A DNA stretch of 64,000 bases from Trichosphaerium sp. ATCC 40318 (lineage: Eukaryota > Protista > Tubulinea). The notes beneath the pieces are model-generated. The model did not search any database. It saw nothing but the letters and a program-made list of their open reading frames with translations, and was not told the origin of the DNA. Positions 52,701 through 64,000 of the stretch are shown piece by piece. The stretch is from assembly GCA_038496445.1 (NCBI GenBank), contig JALMLS010000579.1, forward strand, positions 248,001-312,000. The letters run 5' to 3'. The first letter of the stretch is position 1, and every line of letters starts with the position of its first letter. The translations under genes were made by a program, and so were the position numbers.

Positions 52701-53699
52701 CTGTATTGATGCTCTACAGCCCACACTAAAAAAATAATTAAAAAGGTGAGAAAAGGTACAAAACAAAAAGGGTCAATTTTCTATTTGTCCACTAATTTTT
52801 TTCCTGGAGACTGTCATCTTATTTACCTCCGAAACTTAATAGTTGGTTTTGTTGGTTGCCCAGGAGATACTGTAGGGCAATTTGCGGAAGGTGATTCATA
52901 TCCATACCGATCTAAAAGAAAAAAGTAAGCACTCTATTTTTATTAACCATCTCCGAATTTTATGGCTGTTTTTACGTACTAGGCTTGGTATTATATCTCC
53001 TCTTACGCTTCCTAAATGGCTTCGGCTTTACGCTACTAGTACCCCTGAATTGATGCCAAACATTGTCATCAGGATCCAGAAAGGCATCAGCACCTAAAAA
53101 ACAAAAAAAGAGCAAGTTAGTCCAACAACAAACCAAAAAAAAATCGTTAACTAAACGGTTGTGGCCCTACCTTGCTCCGTGAAAATTTTAAAAAACATGT
53201 ACGAGAAGAAATCTTTTGGACTTGGATGGTAAAAGACGTAATCCTAGACGATACGTTAAATGGAAAATTGTGATAAAATTTTTTTGATTTTGCTTCTGTT
53301 AATGGATAGCGCTGTTTGTACCTCATCTGATTCATCTGCTGTAGAATCTGTGTCATATGTACGACTGTCATATTGCTCTTTTCTCTCTTGGTCGCTTAGA
53401 ACGCTGTACGCTTCGGCTAAAAGCTAGGCGGGAGTTTTAAAACATTGAAGGGACGTTCAACGCACCTGAAATTTCTCTGTGGCTCTAGGATCACCCGCGT
53501 TTCTGTCAGGGTGTAATTGCTGTAAGTGGATCAGTTTTGAAGTGTTGAGAATGGCCCAATCCGATAGTGCACTTTATATTGTGCTCTAATGGGGTAATAA
53601 AAGTTTGATGGGTAGTACCTTGGACAATTTCTTGTATGCCTGGCGAATTTCGTGTGGTGTCGCGTCCAATTGAACTCCAAGCTGATCGTAGTAATCCAT
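49735..53699 (-). CDS. DnaJ (J-domain) protein with a fibronectin type III domain, coiled coils and a low-complexity tail; single-gene model tentative
   Basis: MDYYDQLGV..EIRQAYKKLSK-QLHPDRN..FQ-LLAEAYSVLSD. FN3 PGQPTKP..IQW..FTLEYK..YLFR-VFAVNFYGQGPPS. Then K/E-rich coiled-coil exons and a P/Q-rich end. Confidence 0.65.
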
Positions 53700-53885
53700 T
53701 ATCGCTTTATAAGATAAATTTACAAGCAAATAGACAGGGTAGCGATTGATACACTTGTTTTAATTTCAAAGTCCGTATAAGGTGTGCTACGGCGATGTAA
53801 AGGGAATTTATTTGTTTGGATTTAACCACGGCGTTTACTTATTCTTGACATTTCGTTTTTCGCAGGACACTAAGCAGCAGCAACA

Positions 53886-54484
53886 ATGGCATCACTCCTC
53901 GAGCTTCCTTTTGCATTTTTACGCTTACCTAAGGTTGATTTGCGTATACCTACAATCCCAAGGCCTTCGGCTATGGTTGTATTTTCTATTCTATTCGCAT
54001 CATACTTCCTTGTTACCGCTGGAGTAATCTACGATGTAATTATTGAGCCTCCATCGAGAGGTTCGACAAGAGATGAAGTTACAGGCGCTGTAAAGATGGT
54101 TGCGTTTATGAAATACAGGTAAGGCGTTGTTTTGTAGAGAGTTTGAAATGATTTAAAAAAAAATGCTTCGTCACTAACGTTACACTAGAATCAATGGTCA
54201 ATTTATTATTGAAGGTCTATCCGCCGGTATGTTGTTCGCTATGGGCGGTCTTGGTGTAATTATTCTTGATAAATCAGCTGGAGCCTTCTCTAACGAGAAA
54301 TTGAGGTATGTAGTCGCCGGCTTCAGTATTTATTGCACTTGAAAGTTGAAAGTTTTTTTGTTCTATTTTTTTTGACAAACTACTCAGGTATTTGTTGGTT
54401 CTCGCTGGCGCACTCCTTGTTGTACTCGCGTATAACCTCGCAATTTTGTTTTTGCGCATTAAGATCCCTGGCTACCAAATGTAA
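53886..54484 (+). CDS. OSTC: Oligosaccharyltransferase complex subunit OSTC/DC2, 3 exons
   Basis: SYFLVTAGVIYDVIIEPPS.GS..AFMKYR-INGQFIIEGLSAG..FLRIKIPGY. Confidence 0.93.
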
Positions 54485-54765
54485 TACGCTACAAACACTG
54501 AAAACAACAAACAACTGCTCACAAAGATCAAAAAGAGCTACAACAGCGTTTATAAAATAAAAAGTAAAATTATACAATTTACGCATAATCATTATACTCT
54601 AGTGATGAATTGTAAGCTGACACTCACGGCAAGGCAATAACACAGCAACACGTCACGGATTGACCTCAAGAGACTGTCAGTTGGTTGACTTAGTTGGGAC
54701 CAATCTCGTTTGGCGGGTTTTTTTATTGCTCAATTCAGTTGACATAGTTTTCGAAGAAGCCTGAC

Positions 54766-57387
54766 ATGGAGTTATGTAACGACGTTAAAACAGCGCCTAA
54801 ACGCAAACGCGATATAAATAATGATGCAGGATTGAATCAGTACAATAACATAACGTGTAGTACTACTTTCGTGCTGATTAGCTGTTTTTTAGTAAAGCAA
54901 AGCGTAGAAAAGTGGTTTCGTCTTTGACATCCTTTTACGTATTTCTTTCGTTACCACCAAAGGCCCACGCTAAGGTACGAACAATAAACGGCGCTCGTAT
55001 TTACATTTTACACAAGATGTACATTGCCACTTGTGATTGGCTTGAAGGACTCGTAAACGAAGACTACACAATTAAAGAGCAACCTTTCGAGGTATCCAGC
55101 GATGATCTAATCTGTCTCACCGAAAGTACGTTTAATCATAAGCTAAGAAATATTTAATCCACCACAGTGCAACGTCGAGGCATAGAAGCTTTAATAAAGG
55201 ACCTAAACGACCCAAATAAAATTGATTCAAATTGGAAACAACTTACAATCCTTGACAAAATCTTGACGTTACACCCAACAGAAGACTGGAGTAAAGGCAA
55301 TCAGAGCTTTCTACAACTAAGAAGTGATGCATGGTGGATAACTACATCATCCAGATGGTTCTCTAAGGGTGCTTGTCAAATAACACATAGTTATGCTCAA
55401 GTTGCTACAAGTGCTACAATGCTTGAAGCATTCTATCGGTTTGTATGGTGCCGACATACCCGAAAAGTCTATCAAGAGTACGAAAAACGCTTTTTATTTT
55501 TTTACCAGAAAACAAGTTACCTGGTTTTAATCTGCTTATTAATTAACGTTTACGGTTAGATTGGTTCGTATTGTGGGTTCTCCTGAAGCTGTACCTATGA
55601 TGCCTTGCACCAGACGTCATAAATTTGTACAAGATGTACAGGGAGAAGATACAGTTCTAGAGAGTGAAGATTTAGGAGAAGGATATGAAACACCAGATGA
55701 AGGAGATGTTTCTGACTCAGGTTTGTTACCTCCCATTTGATTTAACCAATTGCTGGGACTTACGATCATTAATATAGACATTGAAGCAGAAAGCTTTGAT
55801 GAAGAAATGGATGATGCTATGGATTTTACTTTGCAATCTGAGGAAACGCTCATTGAAAGTCAAGGTACCTTTACCTCTTTGTGTCACGTTGTCTAACGAT
55901 AATTATAGAAAGTGAAGGTCTTCCAGCTGTACCTACTGTTGTCCCTCTTTTCTTTCACCACCCATGTGTTACACGCGCCTTGGATAAAATAGAGTCACCT
56001 GTACTTGAAGGCGATGGTACGTTTTACTTTGTTTGGAACACGTTTTCCAAACTGATGTTCATTTATTGTTTTAATGACATTTACTAGGAACCTGGAATAT
56101 AAAAGAGCTTTCTACAGTATTACTTGATCTAATACGACAACACAATAACAATAGCCGAGAAGGAACAAGGCTCTCATTAAAACAAATAAGAGATTTCGTG
56201 CTTTGGATGTATAATAACAAGTTTGTTCCATGGTTACGAGATATGGGTGTTAAAGGTACCATGAGATTTCTTTTAAATGTGTGGGATTAAACGTGATTTT
56301 TAACTTTGTGTAGTGAGTGGAGAGAATAATTTCACGTGGAAGTGGCAGAAGGATTTTCCTGAGGAGTTTATAGATAGGTGAGCATTGTTTTTCTTTACCG
56401 CGTTTCGCGCCTTTGTCACAATGCAATGGAAAGTTTGATCTTAGACTTGTTGCATTAGTAATACTCAAAAGGGTTCGAACGTCCTTCATACTAAAACGTA
56501 AAATCATGTGTTACTCTCTAACCTTTGTTTTCCATTTTTTCTGACTGTTGGTAGAATTTACATTAATACTTTTCGAAATCTTACCCGTGATGGCGTTGTA
56601 TCTCAGAGTGCAACCTTTCTTGATGTATTTTCTTCGATATCAGTATTGAGCTCAGCTAGAACGAGTAGTGCACTCTCTTTTGTTACAAATAACATTGAGC
56701 AAACATTACGTGATAATGGTGAGTACCAACATGTTACAAACTTATGTTTTGATAAAACAAAAACAACAACTTTTTTTTGATCACGTGACAATCAAATTGT
56801 TGTTTTCTTTATTCTTACTTTTGGCTATAGGTAAATTTGATGATAATGTGAGCAATCTGATGTTGCATTTGGATAAATTACTTGAAGAGCGAAAAAAACT
56901 TCTTGCTACTCTTGATCCACAAGACGATGAAGATGTTGATGAAGAAACTTTAAAAATGTTTGGAAAACCTACTAACGCGTGCGTCTTTGTGTTAGGGCAA
57001 AAAACCAAGAGATAGAATATTGTCAAGTACAGTATAATTCTTCGGAGATTTATGTTTTTCATTTAGGGGAACTTTCCAAGGTGACTTAAATAGACAACTG
57101 AGAGTGGCTAACGCAAAGCGTTTATCAGAAGTTGACACTTTAATAGCAAAATTAAAAGGTATGTCAAGGAAACAGAGCATTGAAAAACCAAACATGCAAC
57201 TCAACTTTTTTTAGAGGAACTTGAAAATCGAACAAAACAGTTTGAGTCACTTCCGTTGAAGTATCCAAAAACAAATCAAGAAAGGGCATCTAGTAATAAT
57301 CCTGATATATCCGAACAAGTGGATAATGTATGTTCTTCAATGGGTGATGCTAAAATACAAGGAGGTGTTACTCACTTTGGTGGGTAG
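54766..57387 (+). CDS. Hypothetical multi-exon protein with an acidic central region and a C-terminal coiled coil
   Basis: Chain of coding-like exons with GT-AG introns from MELCNDVKTAPKRKR to GVTHFGG*. No family recognised. Confidence 0.55.
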
Positions 57388-57508
57388 CCAATTGTAATTT
57401 TGTGTTTACCTTGTACAATGAAATAAAAAGATTAAGTCTTTATATTTGCTGGCTTGTGCCAGAAGCTTTTTATTTAAGCCTAAGTGAGTATTTTCCCATT
57501 GGCACGAC

Positions 57509-57883
57509 TTAGCGTTGATCCATTGCTTCTTCCCAATCTCTGGATATTTGTGTTATTTGTTGTTGAAGTTTATTAAGTTGCATTTGTAACGCAACTACTT
57601 CATTGGTTAGGACACTAAATTGTTTCTTTCCTTTGTCGAAAATATCCGAGTTTATTTTCCTTTGCTTTGATAAGTCGTCTTCCAGCATATTATTTCTCAT
57701 CTTAGAATCTTCAAAGTAACCGTTTATTTTCTTTAAAGATTCACTGCAGTCTACTATAACTCCTGTACACTCCTCACATTCACGCAGATAGAACACTAAC
57801 AAAAAGGGTAAGAAATCAACAAAAGTCACGTGTAATGTGAAGTATGATACATTGTTCATGCTTGCATGTACTATTGTTGCCAT
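57509..57883 (-). CDS. Hypothetical coiled-coil protein (possibly with one short in-frame intron)
   Basis: 124-aa ORF with a heptad-like C-terminal half (LTNEVVALQMQLNKLQQQITQI). Confidence 0.45.
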   Translation of the reverse strand: MATIVHASMNNVSYFTLHVTFVDFLPFLLVFYLRECEECTGVIVDCSESLKKINGYFEDSKMRNNMLEDDLSKQRKINSDIFDKGKKQFSVLTNEVVALQMQLNKLQQQITQISRDWEEAMDQR

Positions 57884-57887
57884 TGTT

Positions 57888-58356
57888 GTTTAAGCACACA
57901 TCCTTAACACATTAAGACTAGATTGATTGTTGCTTTCGTAGTTTAAGCACACATCCTTAACACATTAAGACTAGATTGATTGTTGCTATTGCGATCTAAG
58001 TTCACCTACTTAACACAGTTACCAGATTGATTCCAAAAGCGTTTACAACTAAAAATTAGATTGTTTAAAACCCTAGCCAACAACCAATGTTGTATTTGCC
58101 ACCATTAGAGTCATTACGTTTTAAGTACACATCCTTAATCACATTTCAAAGGTGATTGAAAAGTTGTACTTTGATACGGGCTATTTTGTTTTAAGTACAC
58201 ATGCTTAACCATATTGAGATTGATACTGATTATTGATTGGTAAAACTACAACTACAAACACCCGCTCAAGGTCCAATTCTTTACAAGTTGAAGTATAAAC
58301 CCATATTCAAATGCGTCACTATTAGGGTTATTATGTGTATAAGTAGTGGTACTTAA
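57888..58356. repeat. Array of TTAAG-N8-CTTAA palindromic units, including a perfect 47-bp direct repeat with 53-bp period
   Basis: Units at 57890, 57943, 57996, 58121 and 58191, plus an inverted one at 58339. 57888-57934 is identical to 57941-57987. Confidence 0.85.
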
Positions 58357-58900
58357 CTAATTGTAGTTATTGTTCAAGGACATTAACAATACTAAGTATT
58401 CTTAAGCCCTTTTGTTCCTTGAACGTAACAACGTTTCCGCAATCCTACGATAGCACCCACCCAAACCCACAACCATATCGAAGTCTTACAAAAACAGGAA
58501 AATAACAAACAAAAATCAATACAAAATTATCAAAAACAAAATTGGAAATATGACGAGTCAAACATGGAGTAGAAATTTTGTATCTCACAAGCTACAACAA
58601 CAAAACTTTTACTCTGTAAGTGTTCCTATCAGATATGTAAATCTGTATGGGACCGCAAAGGAATAAATAGGCGGACCGTATTACCCTACAATAGTATTGT
58701 TATTGTAACGCAGAACAATAACTATTTATGTTACAAGTTAAAAAAAGTGCACAACAAGTCTTAATAAGTGTGTGGCACTCTAGTATCACTCACTGTACCA
58801 TTTCCTCAGTTAACGTGGTCAAGATTTTGAGTAGGCGTAGTTGGAAAAAACAATGAAAAAAAACGCCATGTCAAAACTCAAAGTTTTGTTGTTGTTTAGA

Positions 58901-59646
58901 CTACATCGTACCCAAACAGAAAATTGCTGCTATGGCCGCTATACCAAAAAGCACGTTATACGGTATTCGGAAGACTTTGCCTATTTTAAAATGAGATCGA
59001 TCAGTTGGTCCTTCTGATATCAGCTTCATGATCTCTTCATTGGTAGTGTCTAGAGAAGAATTATTCTTGCCCAACCGTAGCAGGTGTTTCGCGTGCCGAA
59101 TGTCCACATGATGCGACGTTCTGGTATGATTTGTCGTACAAAATGTTGTGCGCAAAGGCCTTCTTTACTGTATTTGTGTAAATCTTTGCGGTCAATCAGT
59201 AAAAACACTAAAATGAACAGTGTAAGCAAGTAAGAAAAAAGAGTCATTTGTACCAGAATCAACGTTCAAGTTTTTGAGCTCTTTTAGAAAGGCGCTGTGA
59301 GACCCATCGTTTGCAGGGTTATCTGTACCAATGCGACCACTACCAATGTGATGTACATACAATATCATGTGGTTGTCACTTACATCGCATCCTTTAAGTA
59401 TAGAACTGCGGTATCTATACTAACATGATATTACGAACTTGTTCTGAAAGGAACTGATCACGTGATTTTTGAAAAGACGACTCGTTATCCACTCTAACGT
59501 ACAGAATTACTAGGGTTACTAATACCAGGGCCTGGTATTGGTACGAAGACATAATGGAACTGTTGAAGCTCTTCGTGGTTAAAAAAATCTGTGGCATCCT
59601 GTAAACGGTTCTCCAAAACGAACACAGCAACCTTTTCTTTGTCCAT
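58901..59646 (-). CDS. Hypothetical small protein with a C-terminal hydrophobic anchor, multi-exon
   Basis: ATG at 59646 (MDKEKVAVFVLENRLQD..), a GTACGT donor after the first exon, and a last exon ending YNVLFGIAAIAAIFCLGTM*. Confidence 0.45.
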
Positions 59647-59752
59647 TTGTTTTAACACAGAATAAAATGTCGTGAGGAGTCATAATAAAAAAACCGTTGA
59701 ATCACAAACTAGATCATACACATTCAATCTATCACCTCCATAAACACCGACA

Positions 59753-61215
59753 ATGACATCGTATGTTGACACCAGGAAAAACTTCCACGAAAAAAAGTTG
59801 AAGAAAAAACGACTTACAACTGTATGTAGGACCAAGCAAACGAATAGAAGCATTCTCGAGAAGGCTCAAGACAGCCTCAAAGCATTGACAGAACGCGGGG
59901 CGACTGTAACAAGGTTATCAGATGCTATACTTTACACCGTTTTGGGCTTCAGATTGTAACATTGCAATTTGTGGGGATAAGGGCACTGGCAAGACTTGTT
60001 TTTTTAATGCTTGGCTCGCCATAGATTCAGACCTACAAAGCACTACCAGTTTCGATACTGAGAGCGCACCTGTACTAACAGGAACCACCGCACGAATAGG
60101 ATCGCCCTTAAAAAATAATATGTATCTTAAAGTTTGGTGCGAATACAGAAAGTTTGTCCACGTGTAGCTTCTAATTCCTGTAGGGCAACGCCGGGTATTC
60201 CAAGTCATGACAATATCTTGGAACATGTGGAAATGCTCAAAGAATCTATAAGGGAAGGAAGTAGAAGATGTACAGCCCTCGATAAGATTAATAGGAACAC
60301 AATCAAAGCATGTACGTCATGGTTTTAAAAAGTTAAAACTAACTTTTTTGAGTATAGTAATCAGTGAATTACCAAACAAAGGAATTCAGGATTACATACT
60401 TAAAAGAGGAAAGGAAGAGAGGGGTAACGTCCACCTAGCATTATTGGTAGCAAAGTACAAAGGTTGTGGAGCAATTGAGTCACTTCGGCGTTATACGAGA
60501 GCTTTGCAAAAAACAGGTTCGTTGAATTACAATTCAGCGCATGAGGCTACAATCACTTACACTGAACGCAAGGGATCCCTTTCATGATAATTGTCACTCA
60601 CATCGATGATTATCCGGAAGTTAAGGATCCTTATGCGGATTCTATTACAGATGTAGACCTAAGTGATATCCACTGGGAAGAACTAGAAGCAAGTACGTAA
60701 TTTGGGCTGTTTTTGTAGTTTCATAATTTATAGCTTTTGGTGTTGGTAATATTGTATATGTTGCAAACTACAAACATAGAGAAGTCCTAGACAGAAAGAG
60801 TACCAAATACAAGCTGTACGTGCACTTTGGAGAATGTTTTTTGGATAACCTCTATTTTAGAATGATTAATGCAATTGCCAGAAGTTTGGAAACAATTCAA
60901 GCTCATGGCTCTTTACAAGGTATTAGAAGTCAAATTAAAGTAAAATAATTGAACCACGGTTAGTGCGAAGGGTTGCGGATGATAGAGTGTTTTCTCGAAA
61001 AGTGAAGGTACACATTAATTCTCGTTTTTGTACTCACGATATTGAAGGCAGCACTAAAGAATTTAACAAACGATGCGTATGAGGTCTGTCAAAGAACAAG
61101 AATGGACCTTGGGCAAATAGTTGTTATAATAATACTAGTCTGCTTGATCTTCGTAGGTTATCGAGTGATTGTTAATAGGGTTGTAGTAAGAAACTCTATC
61201 AAAGTTGATTTGTAG
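59753..61215 (+). CDS. Divergent P-loop GTPase-like protein with a C-terminal transmembrane anchor, multi-exon
   Basis: NIAICGDKGTGKTCFFN (G1), TGTT (G2-like), TPGI (degenerate G3), IIVTHIDD (G4-like). C-terminus IVVIIILVCLIFVGY. Confidence 0.6.
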
Positions 61216-61478
61216 TTAATAAACAACCCATTTAGTAGTTAAATAATTCAGGATAAAATTAGTGTTATTTGTTGTCGTGGGTTCATTTTTCCTATTATAT
61301 TCTTGGTATTCAAGTATGAAACGTTAGACTGACGTTGTTCAAAATCCGCCATTAGCGAACTAACGGTATTCTAAACAATACAACTATTTGAATTGCGTAT
61401 TCAGAAAATCTATTTATTTTGCTACATTTGTTAATGTTGAATACTACAATGTATGCTCTTTCTCTCAAGTTGTTAAAT

Positions 61479-62741
61479 TTATAGAGCCACACAGGTTTCA
61501 ACTAGTGCTTTAGCTCCTTCTTTTGTTACTTGAGTATTCCTAACTCCAACGTATTTCGCCCCCTTCAGTGCTTTAATGCCTTCATCTGTAACTAAAGTAT
61601 CTGCAAGGTTAACGGTATGAGCACCTGCAAGCCATTTAATGCCTTCATCTGTAACAAAAGTGCCACTAAGGTTAATAGTGTGAACCCCAGCAAGTGCCTT
61701 AATGCCTTCATCCGTCACTAAAGTGCCACTCAGGCTAATACTATTAACTCCAGCAAGCGCCTTAATGCCTTCATCTGTTACTGAAGTATTATCAAGGTAA
61801 ATTGTATGAACGCCTCTAAGCGCTTTAATGCCTTCATCCGTTACTGAAGTACCATCAAGATTTATAATATGAACGCCTCTAAGATCTTTAATGCCTTTAT
61901 CCGTCACTGAAGTGCCACTCAGGCTAATTGTATGAACTCCAGCAAGCGCCTTAATGCTTTCATCTGTTACTGAAGTCTTATCAAGGTAAATGGTATGAAC
62001 ACCTGCAAGTGATTTAATGCCTTCATCTGTTACTGGAGTGTGAGAAATGTCAATAATGTGAACCCCAGCAAGTAATTTAATGGATTCATCCGCTACTGAA
62101 GTAGCCCGAAGGTTAATTTTATAAACACCTTTGAGCGCTTTGACACCTTCATCTGTAACAGAAGTGCCTCCAAGGTTTATAGTATGAACCCCAGCAAGTG
62201 CTTTAACACCTTCATTTGTTACCGATGTGCCTACAAGATTTATAGAGTGAACACCCTTGAGCTGCTTAGTGCCTTCACTTGTAACTGAAGTGTGACAAAG
62301 GTCTATAGTATGCACTCCAGCAAGGGCTGTTACGCCTTCATCAGTTACATCACAAAAAGCAAGACAAATTTTACTAACCCCTGAAAGCGCTTTAATACCT
62401 GTATCTGTTACTGGAGTGCCTTTAAAGTAAATACTTTGAACACCTGCAAACTTTTTGATGATATTGTCGTCAAAACAACTACCATCAAGCACGATTCTAG
62501 TGTGTCTGAGAATACCCTGATGTTTTAGAACTGATTCTGCTTGAATTACTGTTTTAATGGTGATACCTTTGTAGCCAATAACATCATGGACGATGGATGC
62601 GAACAAATGGCACGTTTGACAAGCTGCAAATCGCGATTTGGTTGTTTGGCGTAGTATATGCGCTAATATCTCTGTAGGCAGTCGTAGTAAACTCAAACTG
62701 GCGATGTCGTTGATTTTAACACGCTTTGAGGAGGAAAGCAT
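61479..62741 (-). CDS. F-box plus 22-aa leucine-rich repeat protein, intronless; paralog of 4582-5970
   Basis: LLRLPTEILAHIL..RFAACQTCHL, followed by about 14 repeats of LAGVHTINLSGTSVTDEGIKA visible as 66-bp DNA repeats. Confidence 0.9.
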   Translation of the reverse strand: MLSSSKRVKINDIASLSLLRLPTEILAHILRQTTKSRFAACQTCHLFASIVHDVIGYKGITIKTVIQAESVLKHQGILRHTRIVLDGSCFDDNIIKKFAGVQSIYFKGTPVTDTGIKALSGVSKICLAFCDVTDEGVTALAGVHTIDLCHTSVTSEGTKQLKGVHSINLVGTSVTNEGVKALAGVHTINLGGTSVTDEGVKALKGVYKINLRATSVADESIKLLAGVHIIDISHTPVTDEGIKSLAGVHTIYLDKTSVTDESIKALAGVHTISLSGTSVTDKGIKDLRGVHIINLDGTSVTDEGIKALRGVHTIYLDNTSVTDEGIKALAGVNSISLSGTLVTDEGIKALAGVHTINLSGTFVTDEGIKWLAGAHTVNLADTLVTDEGIKALKGAKYVGVRNTQVTKEGAKALVETCVAL

Positions 62742-63002
62742 AATATCGTCTCGTAAAAGTTGTAGTTATTATTTTTGCGCCTTTTACTGGCACGTTTTAT
62801 CCCGTTTTAAACAATGGCTTGAATGATTGTGGTTAAGTCAATGTTTTTAGATCACGTGCAGACTCAGCACTCGTACCTCGGCTGTGACAGTGTACGACCT
62901 GATACAGGACGGCTTTTTAGTGATGATAAAAGCTGAATTTTTCAGTTGTTGGAATGTTCTCGCTGCCTGTTCTCTTTAGCTGTGGCAGAAGCCACTGTGG
63001 TT

Positions 63003-64000
63003 TTATTCTTTAATATTCAATAAATTACAAACTTGGTCATTTAGGTCTTTACATTGTTCTTGTAGGTTGGTACATAGCTTTGTTAAAGATGCAAGTTGGT
63101 CTTCAAGTGTCTTTACCTTTGTTTTTTCTTGAAGGTTCTCAGTTGTCAGTGTCTTTACTTTGTCTTCTAAAGTGTCTATACGTGCCTTCATATCACCTAT
63201 TTCTTTTGCATCACCATATTCGTAATCTCCAAGATAAGGAGATTGAGGCATGGAACCTGACATTGAAGTAGAAGTTGATATAGTAATATTGTTTTGAGAG
63301 ATTAAAGAACTATCTTGCTTAGGTGCCGTGGTCGAGTTATCACAACTGTCCTTTTCGCGTTTTTGTTTTCCATCGCCTTATTAATTATTAGACTTGTGCA
63401 CCCCTGAGGCATCTTACCACCTGGAGTTGTTTCTTTCTTTTTTTCGTGTTTTTTGTTATGTGACCTGGTATCTCTACTTTGATTAAACACCTTTATCTGA
63501 TGTAGGGCATTATCATTTGCTAATTGATTTCTACTTATATCAAGATGTTTAAGGCTTTTAGATTCTTTAAACACTTTTGCCAACGCAATAGACCCTGTAA
63601 TTGCTAGTCAGAAGTACCGTAAAATGCAGTAAAAAAAGGAAAAAAAGAAGAAAAAATACATGCCTTCATCATCTACCAGGTGGGTTAGTCTCAAATGACG
63701 TAGAGTATTGTTTTTATATAATTCTTCAGCAATTAGAAGAGCAAGAGGTTCTGAAGCAACGTTTATAATATCCAGTTTTTGTAGGTTGTTGTTTTCTCCC
63801 AATCTTTGTCCGAGAAGATGTGCATAAGGCGACAATACTGGAGTGTTTGCAACTCTAAGATAAAACCATGAAAGTTCTACATTCTGTATAATAGTCGCTA
63901 TTGCTTTCATAACTAGATAAATAGAGTTAGAAACAATAAATTGTGTCAATAATTGTTTTTTGTACTAATGATGGAGCAAGAGTTTTAAACATTTTTAAGT
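63003..64000 (-). CDS. RNI-like LRR protein with a C-terminal coiled coil; 3' part only
   Basis: NNNLQKLDI, NNTLRHLRL and SKSLKHLDISRNQL repeats, then MKARIDTLEDKVKTL..LNDQVCNLL*. Confidence 0.7.

Noticed and set aside
57888-57987. CRISPR-like direct repeats
   Set aside because: Only 6 bp separate the 47-bp copies, there are no unique spacers or cas genes, and the context is eukaryotic.
1-64000. Alternative genetic code or bacterial contig explaining the fragmented ORFs
   Set aside because: Conserved proteins reconstruct cleanly with the standard code and GT-AG introns.

Overview
Gene-dense, AT-rich eukaryotic genomic DNA with many short GT-AG introns (donors often GTACG/GTAAG), so most ORF-track entries are single exons or antisense noise. 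The gene content (CARMIL with WH2, coactosin, class C GPCR, SH2-RasGEF, Lys9, XRCC1, FIG4) best fits an amoebozoan-type protist; this is inference. About 25 protein-coding genes were reconstructed by hand. The most notable observations are: (1) a bacterial/phage-type tail-collar (tail-fibre-like) gene at 24805-25980 that carries five spliceosomal introns and a signal peptide; (2) a T4 Rnl1-type RNA ligase fused to a DUF3268-like zinc finger, next to an intronless MORN-variant gene; (3) a VCPIP1-like OTU deubiquitinase fused to PFU-PUL domains; (4) a tandem-SH2 RasGEF; (5) two dispersed intronless F-box/22-aa LRR paralogs; (6) a helically phased array of TTAAG-N8-CTTAA palindromes near 57.9-58.4 kb. 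No tRNA, rRNA or CRISPR array was found. Exon boundaries were read by eye and some gene ends are approximate.
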